This document shows positions 16,747 to 24,963 of a stretch of 42,758 bases of DNA, piece by piece. This stretch comes from Gemmatimonadales bacterium (lineage in GTDB: Bacteria > Gemmatimonadota > Gemmatimonadetes > Gemmatimonadales > GWC2-71-9), in assembly GCA_035718325.1 (NCBI GenBank), contig DASTHG010000021.1:1-42758 (forward strand), read 5' to 3'. The number at the start of each line of letters is the position of its first letter. The first letter of the stretch is position 1. The notes below the pieces were generated by a model. The model ran no database searches. It saw nothing but the letters and a program-made list of their open reading frames with translations, and was not told where the DNA came from. A program made the position numbers and the translations under genes.

Positions 16747-17404
16747 CCACTTGAAAGGCTTGCTCGCTTCAATCCTCTGCGCGGTGGTTGTGTTGGGCTT
16801 CCGGCCGACTCCCCAGGATCCCTGGCCGATCCTCGACCACGCCAGCGCGATCTATCAGACGGTCCAGACGCTGTCCGCCGATTTTGTACAAGTGATCGAG
16901 AACCCGATGGTGGGGCCCCCGGACACGACGCGCGGCCGGTTGTTCCAGCAGCGCCCCAGCCTGTTCGCGATGCGCTTCAACGTGCCGCCGAGCGACCGCA
17001 TCGTGGCCGACGGGAAATACCTCTGGGTCTACACGCCGAGCACCACCCCCGGCCAGGTCATTCGGAGCCGGATCCCTGAGACGGGGACCACGGGCCCGAA
17101 TCTCATCGGGCAGTTCGTGGAGCGCCCCCGCGAGCGGTATACGGCGCGCTATGTCCGTGCGGACTCGACCGCGGCCGGATGGATCGACGTCGTGGCGCTC
17201 ACGCCGCGCGACTCCACGCTGCCCTACTCCGGCGCGACGATCTGGGTTGGTCGTGGCGACGGCCTGGTGCACCGGCTCGAGATCGACGAGTCGGGCGGCC
17301 AGGTGCGCCGCGTGTGGCTGTCGCGGCTCCTCCTGAACGCCCCGGTCCCCACCGCCGAATTCCACTTCACGCCGCCGCACGGCGTAACGGTCGTCAACCA
17401 GTAG
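16715..17404 (+). CDS. lolA: LolA-like outer-membrane lipoprotein carrier protein
   Basis: Signal peptide LKGLLASILCAVVVLGF. Then ASAIYQTVQTLSADFVQVIENPMVG...TRGRLFQQRPSLFAMRF..DRIVADGKYLWVYTPSTTPGQV, the LolA family pattern. In-frame ATG 16736 is an equally plausible start. Confidence 0.75.
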   Translation: MSNVECPMSNAHLKGLLASILCAVVVLGFRPTPQDPWPILDHASAIYQTVQTLSADFVQVIENPMVGPPDTTRGRLFQQRPSLFAMRFNVPPSDRIVADGKYLWVYTPSTTPGQVIRSRIPETGTTGPNLIGQFVERPRERYTARYVRADSTAAGWIDVVALTPRDSTLPYSGATIWVGRGDGLVHRLEIDESGGQVRRVWLSRLLLNAPVPTAEFHFTPPHGVTVVNQ

Positions 17405-18260
17405 CCAGCGCCCGCTCCAGGCGGGCGATCATGTCGGGGGCGAGACCGGGGCGTACCAGCTCCAGCACCACCCGCCCCAGCTCGCGATAGAGGACTCGCT
17501 CCCGATCAGGAAGCGCGCGCAGGTGGCGGGCGAGGGTGTCGACGTCGCCGCGCACGACCGGGCCCGTGAGCGCGCCCTCGGGTCCGGTGCGGGTCAGGTT
17601 GTCGAACGTGCCGCGCACCAGCGGCGCCAGGGCGGCCCAGGCGTCCTCCCGGCTTAAACCCGCCCGCTCGAACAGCTGCTGCGCGATCGCTTCCACCACG
17701 ACGAAATAGTTCGACGCGAAGACGGCGCCGGCGTGATACAGCGTCTTGTGCTCGGGGCGCAACTGAAAGGGGTGCAACCCGATGTCGCGCGCCAGCCGCT
17801 CCGCCGTGGCGACCGCCCGCGCGTCTCCTTCCACCGCGGCCCACGCGCCGCGCACGTGGTCCGGCGTGCGTTCCGGCTCGACCAGCGTCTGCAACGGATG
17901 CAGGGATCCCAGGGCGGCGCCGCTGCTGCGCAGGCTCTCGAGCGCGCGGTGATCGAGCGACCCGGAGAGATGCAGCACCACCTGATCGGAACGGACGGCG
18001 CCGGTCGCGCTCAGCGCGGTGGCCAGCGGAGCAATGGCATCGTCCGGGACCGCGCAGACGATCACTTCGACGCGGTCGACCCATGGCGGTGCCGCACCCG
18101 GGGCGCCGGTCGTAAGGGTGAGAGGAACGGGAACGGGCTTGGCGCGCCGCCCGTGCAGCCAGACATCATGTCCGGCCTGCGCCCAGGCGAGTGCCAAGCC
18201 CGTTCCTGCCCGACCAGGGCCGATCACCCCCACCCGAACGGTGGAGGTGGGGCCCGTCAC
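17394..18260 (-). CDS. Rossmann-fold NAD(P)-binding protein with DUF2520 C-terminal domain
   Basis: VGVIGPGRAGTGLALAWAQAGHDV (dinucleotide-binding GxGxxG). Then LHPLQTL...WAAVEGD...LYHAGAVFASNYFVV...LTGPVVRGDVDT, typical of DUF2520 proteins. The start overlaps the upstream stop by 4 nt. Confidence 0.8.
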   Translation of the reverse strand: MTGPTSTVRVGVIGPGRAGTGLALAWAQAGHDVWLHGRRAKPVPVPLTLTTGAPGAAPPWVDRVEVIVCAVPDDAIAPLATALSATGAVRSDQVVLHLSGSLDHRALESLRSSGAALGSLHPLQTLVEPERTPDHVRGAWAAVEGDARAVATAERLARDIGLHPFQLRPEHKTLYHAGAVFASNYFVVVEAIAQQLFERAGLSREDAWAALAPLVRGTFDNLTRTGPEGALTGPVVRGDVDTLARHLRALPDRERVLYRELGRVVLELVRPGLAPDMIARLERALATG

Positions 18261-19870
18261 GGGCTGCGCGTCTGCGCCGTCGAGGCGGCCGCCAGCGAGA
18301 GCAAGTCCTGTGGCGAGCGGGCCCGCCGTGCCAGCGTGAGCGCTTCCTGCACCTGGTGGTCGTCCCGCATCCGCCGCAGCACTTCGGCCGACCGCCCGAA
18401 GACGTAGCGCGCCACCTCGTAGCCGAGCTGGTCGGGAATGAGGCTCCTGGCGCCGACCAGCGCGCTGTCGGGGATCGCGGCACCGCGCTGGCGCAGGCGG
18501 CTCAACACTTCGTTCACCATCGCCGACGTCACCTGAAAGTCGGACGCCGTGACGCCGTGATCCGACTTCAGCTCGAGGGCGTACCCCGTGAGCACGTCGC
18601 GGAAGACGGCGACGTTGGCGCCGAGCGACTTCATGAACGTGCGCTCAGCAGTCGTGAACGTGTCTTGCGACGCGAAGATATCGGGACGGATCCCGCCACC
18701 GCCGCGCACCGTCCGTCCCGCGTCGGTGTGGAACGCGGGGAGGCTGTCGGGAACGGTGTCCTTCCCCTCCGCTGCGCTCTCGACTTGCGCGACCTGATCC
18801 TCTTCACTCTTGCTGACACGCTGAATGGTGCGGCCGCTGGGCGTGTACCAGCGGGCGGTCGTGAGTTTCAGCGCCGTTTCGGGCGAGAGCACGTACAGGG
18901 ACTGCACCAGACCCTTGCCGAAGGTCGGCGTGCCGACCACCAGGGCGCGGTCGTGGTCCTGCAGCGCGCCCGCGATGATCTCGGCGGCGCTCGCGGTGCC
19001 GCCGTTCACGAGCGTCACGATCGGGAGCTTGGGCCACTTCTGCTGGCGATCGTCGCGGTAGGTGTGCGTGGCATCGGGGGCGCGTCCGCGCGTCGCCACG
19101 ACTTCCTGTCCCTGATCGAGGAACAGATCGCTCACGCCGATTCCCTGGTTCAACAGCCCGCCCGGGTTGTTACGCAAATCGAAGATGAGGGACTTCATCC
19201 CCTTGCCGATCAAGCTATCGACGGCGAGCCGGACCTCTTCCGCCGACGTCTGGCTCACCGGGCTGAGCGATACGTAGCCTACTTTGTCGTCCAGCATCAT
19301 GGCGATCTGCACCGAGCGCACGTGGATCTTCGCCCGCGTGAGCTTGAAGATGATCGGGTCGTTCACCCCGATGCGGCGAATCTTCAGTTCGGCGCTTGTC
19401 CCCGGCGTGCCGCGCAGCTGCTTCACCGCCTCGTCTTGCTTCCAGCCTTCGGACGAGCGCCCGTCGACGGAGATGATCTCGTCGCCCGTCTGGACGCCGG
19501 CGCGCTCGGCAGGCGTGTCGGGCAGCGGGGCGATGACGGTGATCCAGCCGTTGCGCACGTCGATCTGCAGACCGAGGCCGCCGTAGTCGCCGCTCGTCTG
19601 CTCGTTCAGCGCGTGGAAGTCGTCCGGCTTGAGATAGGTGGAATAGGGATCGTGCAGCTGATCGAGGAAGCCGTCGATCGCCATCTGGTAGAGCTTGCGC
19701 TCATCGATCGAGTCCACATAGAAGTCCGCGACCCGCGACAGCACGTCGTCGAACAGCCGCGCCTGCTGGTACACGGTTCCCTGGGGTCCGGAGTCGCGCT
19801 GCAGCAGCCACGCCCCCGTCACGAGCGCCATGCCGGACATCGCCAAAACGAGCAGCCATTTGCGATTCAT
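18257..19870 (-). CDS. S41 family C-terminal processing peptidase (Ctp/Prc-like) with PDZ domain
   Basis: N-terminal anchor MNRKWLLVLAMSGMALVTGAWLL. YGGLGLQID...VIAPLPDTPAERAGVQTGDEIISVDG (PDZ domain). LVNGGTASAAEIIAGALQDHDRALVVGTPTFGKGLVQ (S41 Ser/Lys region). Confidence 0.9.
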   Translation of the reverse strand: MNRKWLLVLAMSGMALVTGAWLLQRDSGPQGTVYQQARLFDDVLSRVADFYVDSIDERKLYQMAIDGFLDQLHDPYSTYLKPDDFHALNEQTSGDYGGLGLQIDVRNGWITVIAPLPDTPAERAGVQTGDEIISVDGRSSEGWKQDEAVKQLRGTPGTSAELKIRRIGVNDPIIFKLTRAKIHVRSVQIAMMLDDKVGYVSLSPVSQTSAEEVRLAVDSLIGKGMKSLIFDLRNNPGGLLNQGIGVSDLFLDQGQEVVATRGRAPDATHTYRDDRQQKWPKLPIVTLVNGGTASAAEIIAGALQDHDRALVVGTPTFGKGLVQSLYVLSPETALKLTTARWYTPSGRTIQRVSKSEEDQVAQVESAAEGKDTVPDSLPAFHTDAGRTVRGGGGIRPDIFASQDTFTTAERTFMKSLGANVAVFRDVLTGYALELKSDHGVTASDFQVTSAMVNEVLSRLRQRGAAIPDSALVGARSLIPDQLGYEVARYVFGRSAEVLRRMRDDHQVQEALTLARRARSPQDLLSLAAASTAQTRSP

Positions 19871-20508
19871 GAGCTACCTCGGGTTGAAATCGCCGTCACC
19901 GCCGCCAGCTCGCGCCAGGCGGCTTCCAGCACCGTGGGTTTCGACGGCGTTGCATCGATATGCACCACGCCCGGGCCGCTCGCCGCAGCATACGCCGCGC
20001 GCACCCGCTCGTGGAAAGCATCGTCTTCCCGCTCGAAGCGGTCCTTCACTTTTCGTGCCCGCCGCTGCCGCTCCCGGCCCAGGTCCACCGGCAGATCGAG
20101 CACTAACGTCAGATCGGGTACCAGCCCGCCGGTCGCGAGCCGCAGCGCCGCATCGACCTCGGCCGCCGGGAGCCCACGTCCCGCCACCTGGTACGCACGC
20201 GTCGACAGGTCGAACCGGTCAGCGAGTACGACCTGGCCCGCCTCGAGCGCCGGCCGGATGACCCGATCCACCAGGTCTGCCCGGGCAGCCAGTATCAAGA
20301 ATAACTCCGCCGCGTCCGACATTTCATGCCGGGAGCGCAAGGCGACCTTGCGGGCCGCCTCGGCCACCGGGGTTCCCCCGGGCTCGCGCACCGACAGCGC
20401 CTGGAAGCCCTCCGCCAGGAGCCGCCCTGCGAGGGCCCGGACGAGCGTCGATTTCCCCGCCCCTTCCGGCCCCTCCAGCACGATGAAGGCCCCGCCCGCT
20501 GCCGTCAT
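19867..20508 (-). CDS. tmk: dTMP (thymidylate) kinase
   Basis: FIVLEGPEGAGKSTLVRAL (P-loop), REPGGTPVAE, LILAARADLV, VLADRFDLSTRAYQ. ATGA overlaps at both ends. Confidence 0.9.
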   Translation of the reverse strand: MTAAGGAFIVLEGPEGAGKSTLVRALAGRLLAEGFQALSVREPGGTPVAEAARKVALRSRHEMSDAAELFLILAARADLVDRVIRPALEAGQVVLADRFDLSTRAYQVAGRGLPAAEVDAALRLATGGLVPDLTLVLDLPVDLGRERQRRARKVKDRFEREDDAFHERVRAAYAAASGPGVVHIDATPSKPTVLEAAWRELAAVTAISTRGSS

Positions 20509-20858
20509 CCGAGGGTGATGATGGGACTCGCGGCGCCCTTCTGGATACCCTCGTAAATGCGGGCGTTCACCTTCGCCATCAGTTTCTCGAAGTTCGATTG
20601 GGCAACGGCCATGTGCTGGTACACCGGGTTTACCTGGATGCTTTGAACGGTCTTGTCGTGCCGTTCTGCCTGCTCTTGGGTGGGCTCATTGCCGGCACGC
20701 GCGGCCTTCTCGATTTCCCCGGCGATCTTCTCCATCTCGGCGAGGAGCCGCTGGCAGTCGGCGTCATCGCGCAGCTGGTCGCTGGCGCGCTTCAGCGCCT
20801 TGTATTCGTCGGTTTGCCCGATCAGCCGGCCGAGATCCTGCGCCTTCTCTTCGATCAC
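20505..20858 (-). CDS. YlbF/YmcA (YheA, UPF0342) family helical protein
   Basis: 117 aa, GTG start overlapping the prmC stop. IGQTDEYKALKRASDQLRDDADCQRLLAEMEKI...VNPVYQHMAVAQSNFEKLMAKVNARI fits the YlbF/YmcA helical-bundle pattern. This is recognition from memory only. Confidence 0.65.
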   Translation of the reverse strand: MIEEKAQDLGRLIGQTDEYKALKRASDQLRDDADCQRLLAEMEKIAGEIEKAARAGNEPTQEQAERHDKTVQSIQVNPVYQHMAVAQSNFEKLMAKVNARIYEGIQKGAASPIITLG

Positions 20859-21739
20859 GACGTCCTCCCGCGAGAGTGCATCAGCGCATAGCGTGGGCGT
20901 CCGAACAGATCGGGCACGATGCGCACCCGGTCCCAGCCGGCGGCATGGGCCAGATCCCGCACCGCCACCGCGCGCCGCTCATCGATCTCCAGGGCCAGCA
21001 GACCGCCCGGCTCGAGCCGCTCCGCCGCCCCCGCGATCAGGGCGCGAGTCGCATCGAGACCATCCACGCCGCTCGTCAGCGCGAGCCGTGGCTCGAAGGC
21101 GCGCACGGCATGGTCGAGCGCCGTCCACTCGTCGTCGGTGAGATACGGCGGATTCGATACGATGGCCCGGTAGCGGCCGCTGCGCAGAGGCTCGAGCAGA
21201 TCCCCTTCCAGCACGTCGACCGGCAGCCCGGAGCGGGCTGCGTTCGCGCGGGCGAGCGCCGCTGCGGACGGCGACGGCTCGGTCGCGACGATACGATCGA
21301 AGCGTCCTTCGAGAGCGAGCGACAGGGCGATACAGCCGGACCCCGTTCCGATATCGGCGACCCACCCGCCCGGGTGTTCCGCGGCCCAGGCGAGCACGAG
21401 CTCGACCAGTCCTTCGGTCTCCGGGCGCGGGATCAGGGCACGATCGTCGATGGTGAGGGTGAGGCGCCGGAACGCCATCTGGCCCGCCGCGTAGGCGAAG
21501 GGCATCCCCGTCAGACGGCGCGAGACCATGGCGTCGAAGCGGCGTAGCGTGTCGCCGGCGGCGCGAGCCTCGCGCGCCAACCACGCCTGCCCCGCGGGCA
21601 ATCCCGCCGCCAGCTCCCAGAACCAGCCGGCCTCGCGCCGTGGATAGGCGACGCCTTCGGCGCCGAGCCGCTCCGCTGCCCGCTCGAGCGCTGCGCCGAC
21701 GGTCGCGATGGACGCGGGGCGGGCGCTGGTCTCAGGCAC
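20855..21739 (-). CDS. prmC: release factor glutamine N5-methyltransferase PrmC/HemK
   Basis: PRPETEGLVE, VADIGTGSGCIALSLA (SAM motif I), IVSNPPYL (NPPY catalytic motif). Sits immediately downstream of prfA with an 8-nt overlap. Confidence 0.9.
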   Translation of the reverse strand: MPETSARPASIATVGAALERAAERLGAEGVAYPRREAGWFWELAAGLPAGQAWLAREARAAGDTLRRFDAMVSRRLTGMPFAYAAGQMAFRRLTLTIDDRALIPRPETEGLVELVLAWAAEHPGGWVADIGTGSGCIALSLALEGRFDRIVATEPSPSAAALARANAARSGLPVDVLEGDLLEPLRSGRYRAIVSNPPYLTDDEWTALDHAVRAFEPRLALTSGVDGLDATRALIAGAAERLEPGGLLALEIDERRAVAVRDLAHAAGWDRVRIVPDLFGRPRYALMHSRGRTS

Positions 21740-22790
21740 TCATCCGCTCCTGCTCGCCGGCCTGGCGCAGTGCGTTGAGCAGATCGTCGAGCCGGCCGTC
21801 GAGCACATCGGACAGGTTGTGCGCCGAAAAGCCGATGCGGTGATCAGTGATCCGATTCTGGGGGAAATTGTAGGTACGGATCTTGGCGGAGCGATCGCCC
21901 GTTCCCACCTGGGCGCGGCGCGCGCGGGAACGTTCGGCCTCCTGTTCGGCGACCATGCGATCGAGCAGCCGCGAGCGGAGGATCTCGAGCGCCTTGAGCT
22001 TGTTTTGCAGCTGCGACTTCTGGTCCTGACACTGCACCACGAGCCCGGTGGGGATGTGCGTGACACGGACGGCGCTGTCGGTGGTATTGACGCTCTGCCC
22101 CCCGGGGCCCGACGAGCGAAACACGTCCACCCGGAGATCCTTGTCCTCGATCTTGACGTCCACTTCTTCGGCTTCGGGTAGGACGGCGACGGTGGCGGCG
22201 GACGTATGAATGCGGCCCTGTGCTTCGGTCTCGGGGACGCGTTGAACGCGATGCACCCCCGACTCGTAGCGCAGCGTGCCGTAGGCCTGCGGCCCACGGG
22301 CGGCGAACACCGCTTCCTTGAGACCGCCCAGCACTCCTTCGCTCAGCTGCAGCAGCTCGACCTTCAAGCCGCGGCGCTCGGCGAAGCGGGTGTACATGCG
22401 GAACAGGTCGGCGGCGAATAACGCCGCCTCGTCGCCGCCGGTACCGGCGCGGATCTCGACGATGGCATCGCGATCATCCAGCGGATCGGGCGGCACGAGC
22501 AGCTCGCCGAGCTGGGTCGACAGCCGCGCCACGTCGGGACGCAGCCGGTCCACGTCGTGGCGGGCCATCTGAGAAAGCTCGGGATCCTGGTCCGCCAGCA
22601 GCTCTTTTGCCTGGGAGAGCTCGGCCTCGAGCCGGGTGAGGCGATCGTGGGTTTGACGAATAGCGTCGAGCCGTGCGTGCTCGCGACCGAGCTGCTTCAG
22701 CTTGGCCGGATTCCGCGCGGTTTCGGGGTCGGCCAGCAGCCGGGCGACCTCCTCCGCCCGCGCGAGCGCCTGGCGGAGTCGGGCCTCCAC
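21732..22790 (-). CDS. prfA: peptide chain release factor 1
   Basis: GTG 22790 lies 4 nt after the rpmE stop. VEIRAGTGGDEAALFA, RVQRVPETEAQGRIHTS (RF1 PxT motif), RSSGPGGQSVNTTDSAVR (GGQ motif), IRTYNFPQNRITDHR. The longer ORF to 22976 overlaps rpmE and was rejected. Confidence 0.95.
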   Translation of the reverse strand: MEARLRQALARAEEVARLLADPETARNPAKLKQLGREHARLDAIRQTHDRLTRLEAELSQAKELLADQDPELSQMARHDVDRLRPDVARLSTQLGELLVPPDPLDDRDAIVEIRAGTGGDEAALFAADLFRMYTRFAERRGLKVELLQLSEGVLGGLKEAVFAARGPQAYGTLRYESGVHRVQRVPETEAQGRIHTSAATVAVLPEAEEVDVKIEDKDLRVDVFRSSGPGGQSVNTTDSAVRVTHIPTGLVVQCQDQKSQLQNKLKALEILRSRLLDRMVAEQEAERSRARRAQVGTGDRSAKIRTYNFPQNRITDHRIGFSAHNLSDVLDGRLDDLLNALRQAGEQERMSA

Positions 22791-22794
22791 GTTG

Positions 22795-23007
22795 TCAGCT
22801 CGCGACTTTTTCCGTGCGGTACTTCTTGTTGAAGCGCTCGACCCGGCCGGCGGTGTCGAGGAGCTTCTGCTTCCCGGTGTAGTACGGATGGCAACGGGCG
22901 CAGATTTCCACGTGAATGGCCGGCGTCGTGGAGCGCGTCTCGAACGTATTGCCGCAAGCGCATTGCACGGTCGCACGACGGTAGTTGGGATGAATTCCGG
23001 GCTTCAC
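22795..23007 (-). CDS. rpmE: 50S ribosomal protein L31, Zn-ribbon (type A)
   Basis: A GTG 23007 start gives [27 protein letters not shown]...[24 protein letters not shown] (CxC...CxxC). AGGAAGGA sits 8 nt upstream of the GTG. The upstream ATG 23016 abuts this SD. Confidence 0.9.
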   Translation of the reverse strand: MKPGIHPNYRRATVQCACGNTFETRSTTPAIHVEICARCHPYYTGKQKLLDTAGRVERFNKKYRTEKVAS

Positions 23008-23053
23008 AAAGCACATCCTTCCTGGGTGACACGTTTCGATGCCAAGACGCGGA

Positions 23054-23083
23054 AATATAATTGGCACAGCGACTTGGCAGCAA
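23054..23083 (-). promoter_or_regulatory. candidate sigma70-type promoter for the rpmE-prfA-prmC... operon
   Basis: The minus strand reads TTGCTG (23083-23078), an 18-nt spacer, then TATATT (23059-23054). This is about 46 nt upstream of the rpmE GTG, in the most AT-rich part of the 315-bp divergent intergenic region. Confidence 0.35.
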
Positions 23084-23322
23084 GCACGTACGGATCCTGT
23101 CAGAGATACGGGTGCAATGTCCGATCATGGTTACAAACAACGGCCGGTTCCCGGGGGGTCGTCACCGCAAGTGCATCCACGGCAAGCAACTCGGTTCGAC
23201 GAGGTGCGCCGAGCCATCGAGCGCAACCATTTCGGCGCTGCTTGCATCTGCCTACTCAGCGCGGCATATCACGACGCGCGTCATTTCCGCTCGATCCAGT
23301 CGCCAACCGCCAGGAGAGAATC

Positions 23323-24963
23323 GTGGAACGTCGTGACTTCATCAATCTCGGTGGCGCGACGGTCGGCGCCCTCTGGGTGCCCGTCTGGGGCCGCCGGGTC
23401 GATGGGTTCTGGGGGTCGCTCACGCCGGTGCCCGTCGCGGACAAGAAGGCCCTTGCCGATGTCGCCCTCAACACCGCCCGACAGAAGGGCGCCACCTACG
23501 CGGACATCCGCATCGGCCGCTACCTGAATCAGTTCATCTCGGCCCGCGACACGAAGGTCCAGAACGTCACCAACACCGAGTCCTACGGCTGCGGCGTGCG
23601 CGTGATCGCGAGCGGGACCTGGGGATTCGCGTCGACCAACGACGTGACACCGGACGGCGTGGCCCGCGCCGCGACGCAGGCGGTGGCCATCGCCAAGGCC
23701 AACAGCAAACTGCAAACCGAGCCGGTCCAGCTGGCGGCCGAACCGGGCCACGGTGAGGTGGCCTGGAAGACGCCGATCAAGAAGAACGCGTTCGAGGTGC
23801 CGATCTCCGAAAAAGCCGACGTGCTCCTCGCCGCCAGCAACGCCGCGCTTCAGAACGGCGCGAACTTCGTCAATTCTCTGCTCTTCCTCGTCAACGAGCA
23901 GAAGTACTTCGCCTCCACCGACGGCAGCTACATCGACCAGGACATCCACCGCATCTGGCCGACGTTCGTGGTGACCTCCGTCAACACGCAGACGGGCAAG
24001 TTCGAGACGCGCAACGCCTTGAGCGCGCCGCGCGGCATGGGCTACGAGTACATGGACATCGTCGCGGCGGAGAAAGTCCCGGGCCCCGCGGGACTGGAAA
24101 CGGTCAACTATCGCGACGCCTACGACCTGGTCGAGGACGCCAAGCTCGCGGCGATCCAGGCGAAGGCGAAGCACACCGCCAAGAGCGTCGAGGCCGGCAA
24201 GTACGACCTGGTGCTCGATCCGACGAACCTGTGGCTCACGACGCACGAATCGGTCGGGCACCCGCTCGAGCTCGACCGCGTGCTGGGCTATGAGGCGAAT
24301 TACGCCGGGACGAGCTTCGCGACGCTCGACAAGTGGCGCACGCACTCCTTCAACTACGGCAGCCACCTGGTGACGCTGTTCGCCGACAAGACGCAGCCCG
24401 GCGGGCTCGGCACCGTGGGATACGACGACGAGGGCGTGAAGTGCAAACGCTGGGACCTCGTCAAGAACGGGATTCTCGTCAACTACCAGGCGATCCGCGA
24501 CCAGGTGCACGTCATCGGCCAGACCGCCTCGCACGGCTGCTGCTACGCCGACAGCTGGAGCGACGTCCAGTTCCAGCGCATGCCCAACGTGTCGCTCGAG
24601 CCGGGAACCCAGCAGCTCACCCCCGAGCAGCTGATCGGCGCCGTGGACAAGGGGATCTACATCGTCGGCGACAGCTCGTACTCGATCGATCAGCAGCGCT
24701 ACAACTTCCAGTTCTCGGGACAGCTGTTCTACGAGATCCAGGGCGGCAAGATCGTGGGTCCGCTGCGCGACGTGGCCTACCAGTCGAACACGCAGGAATT
24801 CTGGAACTCGTGCGTCGCGATCTGTGACCAGCGTGACTACCGGCTGGGCGGATCGTTCTTCGACGGCAAGGGCCAGCCCGGGCAGATCAGTGCCGTGTCG
24901 CACGGCACTGCCACCAGCCGGTTCAACGGCGTCAACGTCATCAATACGGCGAGGAAGCTCTAA
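23323..24963 (+). CDS. TldD/PmbA-family metalloprotease with twin-arginine (Tat) signal peptide
   Basis: GTG 23323 is preceded by AGGAGA (5-nt spacer). N-terminus VERRDFINLGGATVGALWV (RRxF Tat motif plus h-region). TldD-type HExxxH in TTHESVGHPLELDRV. GSFFDGKGQPGQ near the C-terminus. Confidence 0.85.
   Translation: MERRDFINLGGATVGALWVPVWGRRVDGFWGSLTPVPVADKKALADVALNTARQKGATYADIRIGRYLNQFISARDTKVQNVTNTESYGCGVRVIASGTWGFASTNDVTPDGVARAATQAVAIAKANSKLQTEPVQLAAEPGHGEVAWKTPIKKNAFEVPISEKADVLLAASNAALQNGANFVNSLLFLVNEQKYFASTDGSYIDQDIHRIWPTFVVTSVNTQTGKFETRNALSAPRGMGYEYMDIVAAEKVPGPAGLETVNYRDAYDLVEDAKLAAIQAKAKHTAKSVEAGKYDLVLDPTNLWLTTHESVGHPLELDRVLGYEANYAGTSFATLDKWRTHSFNYGSHLVTLFADKTQPGGLGTVGYDDEGVKCKRWDLVKNGILVNYQAIRDQVHVIGQTASHGCCYADSWSDVQFQRMPNVSLEPGTQQLTPEQLIGAVDKGIYIVGDSSYSIDQQRYNFQFSGQLFYEIQGGKIVGPLRDVAYQSNTQEFWNSCVAICDQRDYRLGGSFFDGKGQPGQISAVSHGTATSRFNGVNVINTARKL

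Noticed and set aside
23062-23079. Sigma54-like TGGCAC...TTGGCA in the rpmE/TldD divergent intergenic region.
   Set aside because: The spacing between the GG and GC dinucleotides is off by 1-2 nt relative to TGGCAC-N5-TTGC. It lies about 245 nt from the TldD-like start, and no enhancer-binding-protein gene is nearby.
23193-23199. GGTTCGA, a T-loop-like string that could hint at a tRNA or tRNA-like element in the 315-bp intergenic region.
   Set aside because: The flanks do not form a 5-bp T-stem, an acceptor stem or an anticodon arm. No cloverleaf can be drawn.
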